NCBI GenBank assembly: GCA_019120125.1
Contig: DWVR01000051.1
Coordinates: 5,618 to 69,617 of the forward strand
Reading direction: 5' to 3'
DNA from: Candidatus Phocaeicola excrementigallinarum
Lineage (GTDB): Bacteria > Bacteroidota > Bacteroidia > Bacteroidales > Bacteroidaceae
DNA: 64,000 bases
In this document: positions 45,395-53,798 of the stretch, one piece after another
Position numbering within the stretch: position 1 is the stretch's first letter
Layout: the number at the start of each line of letters is the position of its first letter
Program-made: the position numbers and the translations under genes
The notes under the pieces: generated by a model
Database searches by the model: none
Seen by the model: only the letters and a program-made list of their open reading frames with translations
Told to the model about the DNA's origin: nothing

Positions 45395-47632
45395 CTATTC
45401 CACGACAAACCGATGCTCGTATGACTGCACGCCCGAGGAAGTAAACACATCCACCATCAACCGGTAGCTTCCTTTCTCCGAGGCTATCCATGCCTTTTCC
45501 TCTGAAGGTTCCGCCGACAGAGACAATCCCATGGGAGTGTACATCGTACCTTTCGACGACAGATCCGCCTTATCCGTATAATTGCGTGTCTTTACCAGTA
45601 TGGCACCGTTAACGGCTCCCCATGTATAGGCGTTCGTCTGCCACGGGCGGAGCAGTTCCACCGTCTCAACCTCTTCCGTAGGCATATGGAGTACGAAATC
45701 ATATTGATCCTGTTCGATTCTTGTCCCGTCCAGCAAAATGGGCAACGAGTTGGATACGTTAAGGACAGAAGGACCACGTGTACTGGTTACAGAAGTATTT
45801 ACAACGCCCGGAATAATGTTTCCCTTATCATCTGTCACAACCGATTTGGTTATGATTATACCCGGCATATCTTTCAGTATATCCTCCACCGTCCGGTAGT
45901 TCCATTTCTCAATCTCTTCACGGTCCGCAAAATTCATGCTATAGAACTTGTTGGTCGGTTCCGGCGGACCATCAGAACGCATACGGGCCGATACGGTAAC
46001 ATCAGGAAGCCTCAGATGACGCATGCCGTCACGGTCGGCCATATATTCCATCTCCCCACTGCCGAACGACACCTCCGACCCGGCGTAATAAGGCGACGGC
46101 ACGCGATAAGGATTCCGGTTCACCACGGCCGGATAAGTTTCGTCATCCATACGAATCTCGGCAAAGTCAGGCTTCCCTTTTGCCGTGACGGCCTGCAGGA
46201 AAAACGAGTCTCCCTCGCGGAAGTCATCCACCGCCATGCGGAACCTCCCGTCCCCGTCTATCGGAGCGTCGTACACCAGATCGTTCCCAGTGTGATACGC
46301 CACCAGCGTACCTCCCACAAAAGGCCGCTTTTTCCTGTTCACTATCCGACCGCCGAATGTCATTTCCTGCTCAGGAAGATATGCGTAGACCGCCGTATCC
46401 TTCTCCACCGCATCCTTGAGGAGGAAACGGCCGAACGTGGCGGTGCTCAACCAGGTCTTCAGGTCATTGCCCCGCTCCACCGCATCGTCACTCACATAAA
46501 GAGAATACGGGAAGCGCAACGGGGACGTATAGTCCGACAGGAAATCGAGAGAGGCCTCAGCATGGGATGCCAGCAGGTCGTTGTCCGCCACCACACGGGC
46601 CATCACCTTACCGTTCTCCGGGAACGGGGCGAAACAATAGCGCAGCGTGTCGCCCGTCCGGAGGGTATCGGGAGCGGACAATCCGCCCGTCAGATGATAT
46701 TTTCCCGAAACCGTATATTCCGACACGATGTCCAGCCTCTTGTCCGTAAGAAAAAGGGTCACGACCTCGGGTTCCTTGTCAAGTGACACAATCGCCCTCT
46801 GTCTGACGGTCTCCAGCCTGCTCAATCCGTTTTTTCTGTCGTACAGATACAGGCGGTAGTCCGCGTCCGAAACCTTCCCGCCAAATATCTCATAGCTCAG
46901 CCTGCCTCCGCTGAGGTTGCCCTGAATCTTGATTCCGGAGGTGGTTTCCGGCAACTCCACGCGCAGGCTCTCCCCATCGCAATTCCCCACAAGGAAATAG
47001 CGTGCGCCAGGCTGCGGAATGAAGTTCAGCCGTGCCAGTCCGGAGACGGAGGTCCGGATTGTGGAAAGCGTATCACCTTTCTCGTCCTGCAGATACAGGT
47101 CCGCCTCCACAGGAAGGGTCAGCGCATCGGTCAGCTGCACCGCCACCGACTGCATGCTGCCCGCCACGAGTCGTCCTCCCGAAGGCGCGACCACGCAACG
47201 GATTCCTTTTCCCCTACCATTACTAAGGTCAGGAAACCGCTTGCCTATCAGCACGGGCTGCACGGGAAAGCTCTCCGGGGAGAAATTACGCATCAGCCGG
47301 GTATAGGCCCGAAGATAATACACGTCGGCCGGCCACTCATAGTCCGTAACCAGCCGTGCGTGGAAATATCCTTTCCCCTTGCACGACAGCTTCTGCCGCA
47401 CCAGCACGGAATCGGCTCCGTTGAAAAGCTCCACATACAGGTATCTGCTGTACGGCCTCAAGTCCTGTTCCGACATGCAGGCCACACGCCCTTCCACCTC
47501 TACCGTATCTCCGGGCATGTATTCATGCCTGTCGGCACTCAGAAAGATCTGTTCCGAACGGAAATCCTCAGGGAGCTGTGCGGAGGCGCACACGGCGGAG
47601 AGCAAAAGAGAAAAACATGCAATCCATTTCAT
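45395..47632 (-). CDS. Secreted hypothetical protein, MG2/carboxypeptidase-regulatory-like N-terminus and plug-like C-terminal segment, no barrel
   Basis: 745 aa, signal peptide (SAVCASAQ). The C-terminal VEDILKDMPGIIITKS...TSTRGPSV resembles a TonB-receptor plug. No beta-barrel follows. Confidence 0.65.
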   Translation of the reverse strand: MKWIACFSLLLSAVCASAQLPEDFRSEQIFLSADRHEYMPGDTVEVEGRVACMSEQDLRPYSRYLYVELFNGADSVLVRQKLSCKGKGYFHARLVTDYEWPADVYYLRAYTRLMRNFSPESFPVQPVLIGKRFPDLSNGRGKGIRCVVAPSGGRLVAGSMQSVAVQLTDALTLPVEADLYLQDEKGDTLSTIRTSVSGLARLNFIPQPGARYFLVGNCDGESLRVELPETTSGIKIQGNLSGGRLSYEIFGGKVSDADYRLYLYDRKNGLSRLETVRQRAIVSLDKEPEVVTLFLTDKRLDIVSEYTVSGKYHLTGGLSAPDTLRTGDTLRYCFAPFPENGKVMARVVADNDLLASHAEASLDFLSDYTSPLRFPYSLYVSDDAVERGNDLKTWLSTATFGRFLLKDAVEKDTAVYAYLPEQEMTFGGRIVNRKKRPFVGGTLVAYHTGNDLVYDAPIDGDGRFRMAVDDFREGDSFFLQAVTAKGKPDFAEIRMDDETYPAVVNRNPYRVPSPYYAGSEVSFGSGEMEYMADRDGMRHLRLPDVTVSARMRSDGPPEPTNKFYSMNFADREEIEKWNYRTVEDILKDMPGIIITKSVVTDDKGNIIPGVVNTSVTSTRGPSVLNVSNSLPILLDGTRIEQDQYDFVLHMPTEEVETVELLRPWQTNAYTWGAVNGAILVKTRNYTDKADLSSKGTMYTPMGLSLSAEPSEEKAWIASEKGSYRLMVDVFTSSGVQSYEHRFVVE

Positions 47633-48164
47633 AAATCATTTATTTAAGATTACTATAACCTGATAATAGCATTGCGCATACTCATCATACCTAGGATCCG
47701 TCGTATATAGTCCCCATCCTTTGTTCCATTTTTTCACTAGAATATCGACAGGAAACCGGGTGTTTTGCCCATCATAAGACAAACAAAAAACAAATACGCG
47801 TTTCATAATAATATTTTAAAATTTTTCCAATATACATATTTTTTCCACACCAACAAAGATTTTTACTCACAATGATCAAAATGTCAAAATGACAATCCGG
47901 AGCATTGAGAATCGCTCATTCCCGATCAAAATCCGGACAGAACCAAATACAAGAATCTCAAGACTTATCACTAAATCAATCTATCACACAAAAACAATTT
48001 ATGCAGACAAAAAGTAAGCACAAAAGAAAAACAAGAAACAAACAGAGAAACACACATCCTTTTTATCACATTTTATCATTTCCAAAGAACCACTTCCCGA
48101 CAGAATTCCAGAGAAAAAACAAGGCTTCTCACCCACTGAAAACACAGATTCCGGCATCTGAGCC

Positions 48165-48249
48165 GGAACATCAGGACGTTTTATCCGAAATATCAGGATG
48201 TCTTCAGGCAAACATCAAGGTGTTTTTCGAGAAACAACAAGGCGTTTTC
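48165..48249. repeat. Array C: four degenerate units at about 22-bp period, related to arrays A/B
   Basis: GGAACATCAGGACGTTTTA, GAAATATCAGGATGTCTTCA, CAAACATCAAGGTGTTTTT, GAAACAACAAGGCGTTTTC (starts 48165, 48187, 48209, 48231). Confidence 0.55.
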
Positions 48250-48270
48250 AGACAATCATCTTCCCCACCA

Positions 48271-48299
48271 ACCCCCTCCACAAGCCTTCTGGACGGGGT
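48271..48299 (+). other. GC-rich hairpin related to the one at 10226-10262
   Basis: ACCCCCTCCA-CAAGCCTTC-TGGACGGGGT (9 of 10 pairs), followed by ...CACTTTTATT. The minus strand of 10226-10262 aligns with it position by position. Confidence 0.4.
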
Positions 48300-48528
48300 C
48301 AGTCATTCACTTTTATTAAGAAACCACTTCCAGATGCGACAAAATTGCGGAAGCACATGTTTTCACAAAAGGCGAATCCAATGTTTTTTGACAGAGAAAG
48401 TCCCATTTTCGCTTCATTCTGACAATCCGGACAAGACCATTCCACAAAATGCCGGACAGAATATTTTCTCTATTTCCATTGTTTTTCCTATCTTTCGGCA
48501 CAAAACCAATTTTTAAACAAAACAGTAT

Positions 48529-49542
48529 ATGAAAAACATTTTCGGAATGATTTCCCTGCTCTTCGGCTGCTTCCTCATGGCCTGCCAGCCGCAGGACAAG
48601 GCAGGGACGATTGTGGCGGCCTACGTCACATCACAAGGCGAGTCGCTTCCCGACCCGTCAGTGCTCACCCACATCAACTACGCTTTCGGGCATGTGGACT
48701 CTACTTTCGACAAGGTGCGGATTGACCGCGAGGAACGCTTGCGCGAAATCGTGGCACTGAAAAAGAATTATCCGGAACTGAAAGTCTCCCTCTCCATCGG
48801 AGGCTGGGGAAGCGGAAACTTCAGCGAGATGGCAGCCGACGAACAGAAACGCCTTTCGTTTGCCAAGGACTGCGGACGCATCGTAAAAGACTTCAACCTT
48901 GACGGAATCGACATCGACTGGGAATATCCTACCAGCGACGCGGCCGGCATCTCCTGCTCGCCAGACGACACGGAAAACTACACGCTCCTGATGCGCGACA
49001 TCCGCGAGGCCATCGGCAAGGACAAGCTGCTGACACTCGCCTCGTCCTACCGCGCGCGCTTCATCGACTTCCGCGCCATCGCGCCTTATATTGATTTCGT
49101 AAACATCATGGCCTACGACATGGGCAAGCCGCCTTACCACAACGCGGCCCTCTATCCTTCTGAAATGACCCGGAAGGGAGCTTCGTGCGAGGAATCGCTG
49201 GAGGCACATATCGCGGCGGGTGTTCCGGTGGAAAAGATCGTGCTCGGCATCCCGTTCTACGGACACGGAGCCGATTCCATCCTGCCGTATTATGTGGACT
49301 ACAAGAACATCGACACACTGAGAAACTACACCGCCTGCTGGGATTCCACCGCACAGGTGCCTTACGCCACGGACTCTACCGGCATGATGGTCTGCACTTA
49401 CGAAGATCCACGCTCCATCGCCCTCAAGTGCGACTTCATCCACGAGAAGAAACTTCTCGGCGTAATGTATTGGGAATATAACACCGACAACTCCAAAGGC
49501 GACCTCCGGCGCGCCACTTTCGACGGGATGATGAAGAAATGA
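48529..49542 (+). CDS. Glycoside hydrolase family 18 lipoprotein (chitinase/endo-beta-N-acetylglucosaminidase-like)
   Basis: 337 aa, lipobox FLMACQ, catalytic DGIDIDWEYP motif. Confidence 0.85.
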   Translation: MKNIFGMISLLFGCFLMACQPQDKAGTIVAAYVTSQGESLPDPSVLTHINYAFGHVDSTFDKVRIDREERLREIVALKKNYPELKVSLSIGGWGSGNFSEMAADEQKRLSFAKDCGRIVKDFNLDGIDIDWEYPTSDAAGISCSPDDTENYTLLMRDIREAIGKDKLLTLASSYRARFIDFRAIAPYIDFVNIMAYDMGKPPYHNAALYPSEMTRKGASCEESLEAHIAAGVPVEKIVLGIPFYGHGADSILPYYVDYKNIDTLRNYTACWDSTAQVPYATDSTGMMVCTYEDPRSIALKCDFIHEKKLLGVMYWEYNTDNSKGDLRRATFDGMMKK

Positions 49543-49578
49543 CCGCCCGTAAACGGAACGTGCCGTAATTGGAACATA

Positions 49579-49661
49579 AAACACGGAGGCACAGAGACAC
49601 AGAGAAAATATGCTTGTGAATCACCAATATAAAAACTCTGTGTCTCTGTGCCTCCGTGTTT
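49579..49661. terminator. Perfect 26-bp hairpin (31-nt loop) between convergent genes; same family as 45337-45386
   Basis: AAACACGGAGGCACAGAGACACAGAG (49579-49604) pairs with CTCTGTGTCTCTGTGCCTCCGTGTTT (49636-49661). Confidence 0.7.
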
Positions 49662-49692
49662 CAAATCATTTTGGCACACTTTCGTCTGTCTT

Positions 49693-50400
49693 TTAATTCT
49701 TCTCCACTTTCACCAGCAAGGTCTTTCCCTCCTGCTCGCCGTCCATATTGAACGATTCGGATTTCACCAGACCGATTCCCTCGGCATACCATTCATTGAC
49801 ACGGACCGTCGTGGTTTTCAACACAATCTTAGTCCGCTTCAGATAGGAAATCTTCACGCAGTTGAACTTGCCGGCACGGGTATGGACCAGTTCCGTTCCC
49901 ATATACGAAGCACCGGATATGGTCACCTCGTTTTTCAGCATATTCCTTATCCACTGGAATTTCCGGTCGGGCAGGTTCTCTCCGGCCTGTGCCCCGTCCT
50001 TGATGGAGAATGAATTGTCACCCTTGAATTTCAGCTTTTCCAACAGCCCCAGACGTGCGCCCGTATCATAGCGGTCCGGATCGGAATCAGAATCAATATA
50101 CGGGCCATACATCAGGTCCTCCGTACATACCGTATTCGTTCCGTCGTACATCCAGTCAAACAAAGTATAGCTGGTGTTGTTCTTGGTCTTGGTCGTGACA
50201 ATCTTGTCGTAATAGCTGGCCTTGACCGTGTTTCCCTCCTTCACAACATTCCTTACGGTAATCTCCTCGTCGGACACACTCTGTCCCACCTCGTCGTAGT
50301 TCACATAGTGCAGCCTCGCACCTTCCACCGTACAGAAATATTGCGCCTGAGCAGCATGGCCCGCAAACAGACAGGCCACAAAAAACATAAACTTCTTCAT
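49693..50400 (-). CDS. Secreted hypothetical protein
   Basis: 235 aa, signal peptide (AGHAAQAQ). No recognised domain. Confidence 0.6.
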   Translation of the reverse strand: MKKFMFFVACLFAGHAAQAQYFCTVEGARLHYVNYDEVGQSVSDEEITVRNVVKEGNTVKASYYDKIVTTKTKNNTSYTLFDWMYDGTNTVCTEDLMYGPYIDSDSDPDRYDTGARLGLLEKLKFKGDNSFSIKDGAQAGENLPDRKFQWIRNMLKNEVTISGASYMGTELVHTRAGKFNCVKISYLKRTKIVLKTTTVRVNEWYAEGIGLVKSESFNMDGEQEGKTLLVKVEKN

Positions 50401-50461
50401 AGTGCTAACCGTTTCTTTAATAAAATGTGACGCAAACTTACGAATTTCTTTCTTTTCTGGC

Positions 50462-50469
50462 TATCTTTG
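50462..50469 (+). promoter_or_regulatory. Candidate -7 box TATCTTTG upstream of the TPR gene
   Basis: TAnnTTTG match 33 nt before the ATG at 50502. Confidence 0.35.
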
Positions 50470-50501
50470 CGGTTGAAAAACATTTAAATCAACTTATTAT
50501 T

Positions 50502-51461
50502 ATGGGTTTATTATCAAGTTTATTCGGAGAAAAGAAACCGGACGATAACCGGACCCCGCAAGAAAAGCAGGACCAGAAAAACTTCGACATACTCAAATAC
50601 GACGGAATCCGCGCGCGCAACATGGGCAGACTGGACTATGCCATCAGATGCTTTGAACAGGCCATCGGCCTGAACGACGAGCCTGAGACACTGGGACTCC
50701 TCGCACATGCCTATCTGCAGGCCAACCGCACGGACGACGCACGGCTTACATTGGACCGCCTGGTGCGACAGAACCCTTCGGACCTCCACGCCCTGCTCTC
50801 TCTGGCCGGCGTATGCTACATGCAGGAAGATTATGCGACCATGAAAGAAGTATGCCAGAAAGCCATCGCACAGGATGACAAGAACGCACAGGCTTATTTC
50901 CTGGCTGCACGGGCTGAAAGAGGATTGAAAAACGACCTGAACGCTATCGTAATGCTTACAAAAGCGCTCGCACAAAACGAGACTTTCACACAAGCCTACC
51001 AGCTGCGCGCCGAAGTGCTGTGGGACATGCGGCAGGCACATGAGGCGACGGACGACCTGAACCATATTCTTTCGCTCAATCCGGACGATGAGGACGCGCT
51101 GCTGCTGAAAGGAAGAATCGAGGCAGCCACAGGCCATGCGGACGAAGCGGAAACCTGTTTCAACAGGACTCTGGAAGTGAACCCTTTCAACGAGACCGCT
51201 TACCTGCTGAAAGGGGAAATATTATGCGGACTGAAAAAGGCGGAAGAGGCCGAAACGCTCTATACGGAAGCCATCGACCTGATGCCTGACAAGGCCGTAT
51301 TCTATCAGGAACGGGGCCGCGTCCGTCTGCTCAACGGCAACAAGGAAGGTGCCGCCGAGGACATGAAAAAGGCCATCGAAATAGCCCCTGAGAAAGAGGG
51401 ACAGATTACCGGAAACTTCAGCAACTTCGGGAAAGACGGCATACAGACAGGCATCTACTGA
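50502..51461 (+). CDS. Tetratricopeptide-repeat protein
   Basis: 319 aa from MGLLSSLFGEKK. Repeated 34-residue A..Y/F...A...P patterns. Confidence 0.8.
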   Translation: MGLLSSLFGEKKPDDNRTPQEKQDQKNFDILKYDGIRARNMGRLDYAIRCFEQAIGLNDEPETLGLLAHAYLQANRTDDARLTLDRLVRQNPSDLHALLSLAGVCYMQEDYATMKEVCQKAIAQDDKNAQAYFLAARAERGLKNDLNAIVMLTKALAQNETFTQAYQLRAEVLWDMRQAHEATDDLNHILSLNPDDEDALLLKGRIEAATGHADEAETCFNRTLEVNPFNETAYLLKGEILCGLKKAEEAETLYTEAIDLMPDKAVFYQERGRVRLLNGNKEGAAEDMKKAIEIAPEKEGQITGNFSNFGKDGIQTGIY

Positions 51462-51524
51462 AAGGCAAAAGGCCTGGGATGAAACGAAAAAACAAGGAAT
51501 ATCAAAGAAAAATTCAAGAAAACA

Positions 51525-51554
51525 TTTGTTTTTTCAAGAAAAGTATTACATTTG
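51525..51554 (+). promoter_or_regulatory. Candidate promoter of the aromatic operon leader (-33 TTTG, -7 TACATTTG)
   Basis: TTTG at 51525-51528 and TACATTTG at 51547-51554 (18-nt gap), 34 nt upstream of the leader ATG. Confidence 0.45.
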
Positions 51555-51587
51555 CATCCGAAATGATAACAAAATAACAACAAACGT

Positions 51588-51677
51588 ATGAAAACATTTG
51601 CTACATACTTCTTCTTTTTCTTTTATTACTTTTACTTTAGCAATGAAGTGAAGCGGGAGTTTGTATGTGTACGTTAA
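51588..51677 (+). CDS. Putative Phe/Tyr-rich leader peptide (29 aa) of the aromatic amino-acid biosynthesis operon
   Basis: Hand translation gives MKTFATYFFFFFYYFYFSNEVKREFVCVR-stop, with 11 consecutive aromatic codons at 51606-51638. It is below the ORF-track size cutoff and sits between a promoter-like box and a terminator. Confidence 0.6.
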   Translation: MKTFATYFFFFFYYFYFSNEVKREFVCVR

Positions 51678-51715
51678 AAACAAAATGAACTGAACAAAAA
51701 CGAATAAGAATAACG

Positions 51716-51751
51716 AAATCCCGCTTCCGAACGAAGTCGGGATTTTTTTTT
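51716..51751 (+). terminator. Attenuator terminator 17 nt upstream of pheA
   Basis: AAATCCCGCTTC-CGAAC-GAAG(T)CGGGATTT (8+4 bp, one bulge) running into a T9 tract ending at 51751. The 5' arm is complementary to 51650-51658. Confidence 0.7.
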
Positions 51752-51768
51752 AGACTAAAGCAAACAAG

Positions 51769-52611
51769 ATGAAAAAAATAGCGATACAAGGAATCGTGGG
51801 GTCATATCACGACATTGCCGCCCACAAGTATTTCAAGGATGAGGAAATCGAACTGGTCTGCTGCAACACGTTCGAGGAGGTGTTCGATGCCATGAAGAAA
51901 GACAACAACATTATCGGAATGATCGCCATCGAGAATACCATCGCGGGAAGCCTGCTCCACAACTACGAGCTGCTCCGTGACAGTGGGGCCACCATCCTCG
52001 GCGAGCACAAGCTCCGCATCAGCCACAGCATCATGTGTCTGCCGGGCGAGGACTGGAGCACACTGACCGAAGTCAACTCCCACCCCGTGGCTCTGGCACA
52101 ATGCCGGGACTTCCTCCAGCACCGCCCCCAACTGAAAGTAGTGGAAACGGAAGACACGGCCGCCAGCGCCCGAGACATCAAGGAGAAAGGGCTGAAAGGA
52201 CATGCCGCCATCTGCTCGAAATATGCCGCCGAACTCTACGGCATGAAGATCCTGCAGGAAGGCATCGAGACCAACAAACACAACTTCACCCGCTTTCTCG
52301 TGGTGTGCGACCCGTGGATAGCCGACGACCTGAAGGTCCGCTCCAGACTGAACAAGGCGAGCATCGTATTCTCGCTTCCGCACAGCGAGGGAAGTCTTTC
52401 AAAAGTATTGTCCATCTTTTCATTCTACAACATCAACCTGACCAAGATACAGTCGTTGCCCATCATCGGACGGGAATGGGAATACATGTTCTACGTGGAC
52501 GTGATGTTCGACGACTACCTGAGATACAAACAGTCCATCGACGCAGTAACCCCATTGACAAAAGCACTTAAAATATTAGGAGAATATGCAGAAGGAGAAT
52601 CAACCATATAA
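51769..52611 (+). CDS. pheA: Prephenate dehydratase
   Basis: 280 aa. PDT domain (IAIQGIVGSYHD, TRFLVV) plus ACT domain (SIVFSLPHSEGSLSKVL). Confidence 0.9.
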   Translation: MKKIAIQGIVGSYHDIAAHKYFKDEEIELVCCNTFEEVFDAMKKDNNIIGMIAIENTIAGSLLHNYELLRDSGATILGEHKLRISHSIMCLPGEDWSTLTEVNSHPVALAQCRDFLQHRPQLKVVETEDTAASARDIKEKGLKGHAAICSKYAAELYGMKILQEGIETNKHNFTRFLVVCDPWIADDLKVRSRLNKASIVFSLPHSEGSLSKVLSIFSFYNINLTKIQSLPIIGREWEYMFYVDVMFDDYLRYKQSIDAVTPLTKALKILGEYAEGESTI

Positions 52612-53770
52612 GATTGAGCCGGCCGACAGGTTGGCCAACGTGAGCGAATACTATTTCAGCCGGAAACTGAAAGAAGTGGCCCGCATGAACGCGGAAGGAA
52701 AGAATGTAATCAGTCTCGGAATAGGAAGCCCTGACCTGCCCCCCTCGGAAGAGACCATCAAGGTGTTGTGCGAGAACGCGCAGAAGCCGGACGCGCACGG
52801 ATACCAGCCTACTGTAGGCATTCCGGAACTCCGGCAGGCCATGGCAAAATGGTATAAACGATGGTATGATGTCGACCTGGACCCGAATACGGAAATCCAG
52901 CCGCTCATCGGTTCGAAAGAGGGCATCCTGCATGTCACTCTGGCTTTCGTGAACGTGGGCGACCAGGTGCTGGTGCCGAATCCGGGATACCCCACCTACA
53001 CTTCACTCAACAAGATCCTGGGGAGCGAGATCGTGAACTACGACTTGCGGGAGGACAACCACTGGCAACCGGACTTCGACCAATTGGAGAAGATGGACCT
53101 GAGCCGCGTGAAGCTGATGTGGACCAACTATCCGAACATGCCTACCGGAGCCAACGCTACGATGGAACTGTATGAAAAGCTGGTCGACTTCGCACGCCGC
53201 CATAACATTGTTATCGTCAATGACAACCCCTACAGCTTCATCCTCAACCGGAAACCACTCAGCATACTGAACGTGCCGGGCGCCAAGGAATGCTGCATCG
53301 AGTTCAATTCGATGAGCAAGAGCCATAACATGCCGGGCTGGCGTGTGGCTCTGGCGGCCACCAACGCGCAGTTCATCCAATGGATCGTGAAAATCAAGAG
53401 CAACATCGACTCCGGCACTTTCCGCCCCATCCAGCTGGCCGCCGCACAAGCCTATGACAACAGTGCGGAATGGCACGAGGAAGCGAACGTAAACGTGTAC
53501 GGCAGACGCCGCAGGCTGGCCGAGGAAATCATGCGGACACTGGGATGCACGTTCGACCCCGAGCAGGTGGGCATGTTCCTCTGGGGGCGTATCCCCGACA
53601 CGTATGCCGACGTAGAGGAACTGACGGAAAAAGTGCTGCACGAGGCCCGCGTGTTCATCACTCCGGGATTCATCTTCGGGAGCAACGGAAAACGGTACAT
53701 CCGTATCTCGCTATGTGCCAAGGAAGAAAAACTGGCCGAGGCACTTGAACGGATCAGAAAAATCATGTAA
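52586..53770 (+). CDS. Class I/II PLP-dependent aminotransferase (aromatic/prephenate aminotransferase candidate)
   Basis: 394 aa. NPGYPTY, SMSKSHNMPGWRVA PLP-lysine motif. The start overlaps the pheA end by 26 nt. Confidence 0.85.
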   Translation: MQKENQPYKIEPADRLANVSEYYFSRKLKEVARMNAEGKNVISLGIGSPDLPPSEETIKVLCENAQKPDAHGYQPTVGIPELRQAMAKWYKRWYDVDLDPNTEIQPLIGSKEGILHVTLAFVNVGDQVLVPNPGYPTYTSLNKILGSEIVNYDLREDNHWQPDFDQLEKMDLSRVKLMWTNYPNMPTGANATMELYEKLVDFARRHNIVIVNDNPYSFILNRKPLSILNVPGAKECCIEFNSMSKSHNMPGWRVALAATNAQFIQWIVKIKSNIDSGTFRPIQLAAAQAYDNSAEWHEEANVNVYGRRRRLAEEIMRTLGCTFDPEQVGMFLWGRIPDTYADVEELTEKVLHEARVFITPGFIFGSNGKRYIRISLCAKEEKLAEALERIRKIM

Positions 53771-53798
53771 CGGAATATCAATCTAAAAAACTAATCAT

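Noticed and set aside
47905-48516. 203-aa ORF filling the gene-free region upstream of GH18
   Set aside because: It has a TTG start and a low-complexity Lys/Gln/Ser/Pro-rich product. It is built from the repeat units and hairpin, and no promoter box is adjacent. It is more likely non-coding.
48658-49584. 308-aa minus-strand ORF
   Set aside because: It is antisense to the GH18 gene (DGIDIDWEYP motif on the plus strand).
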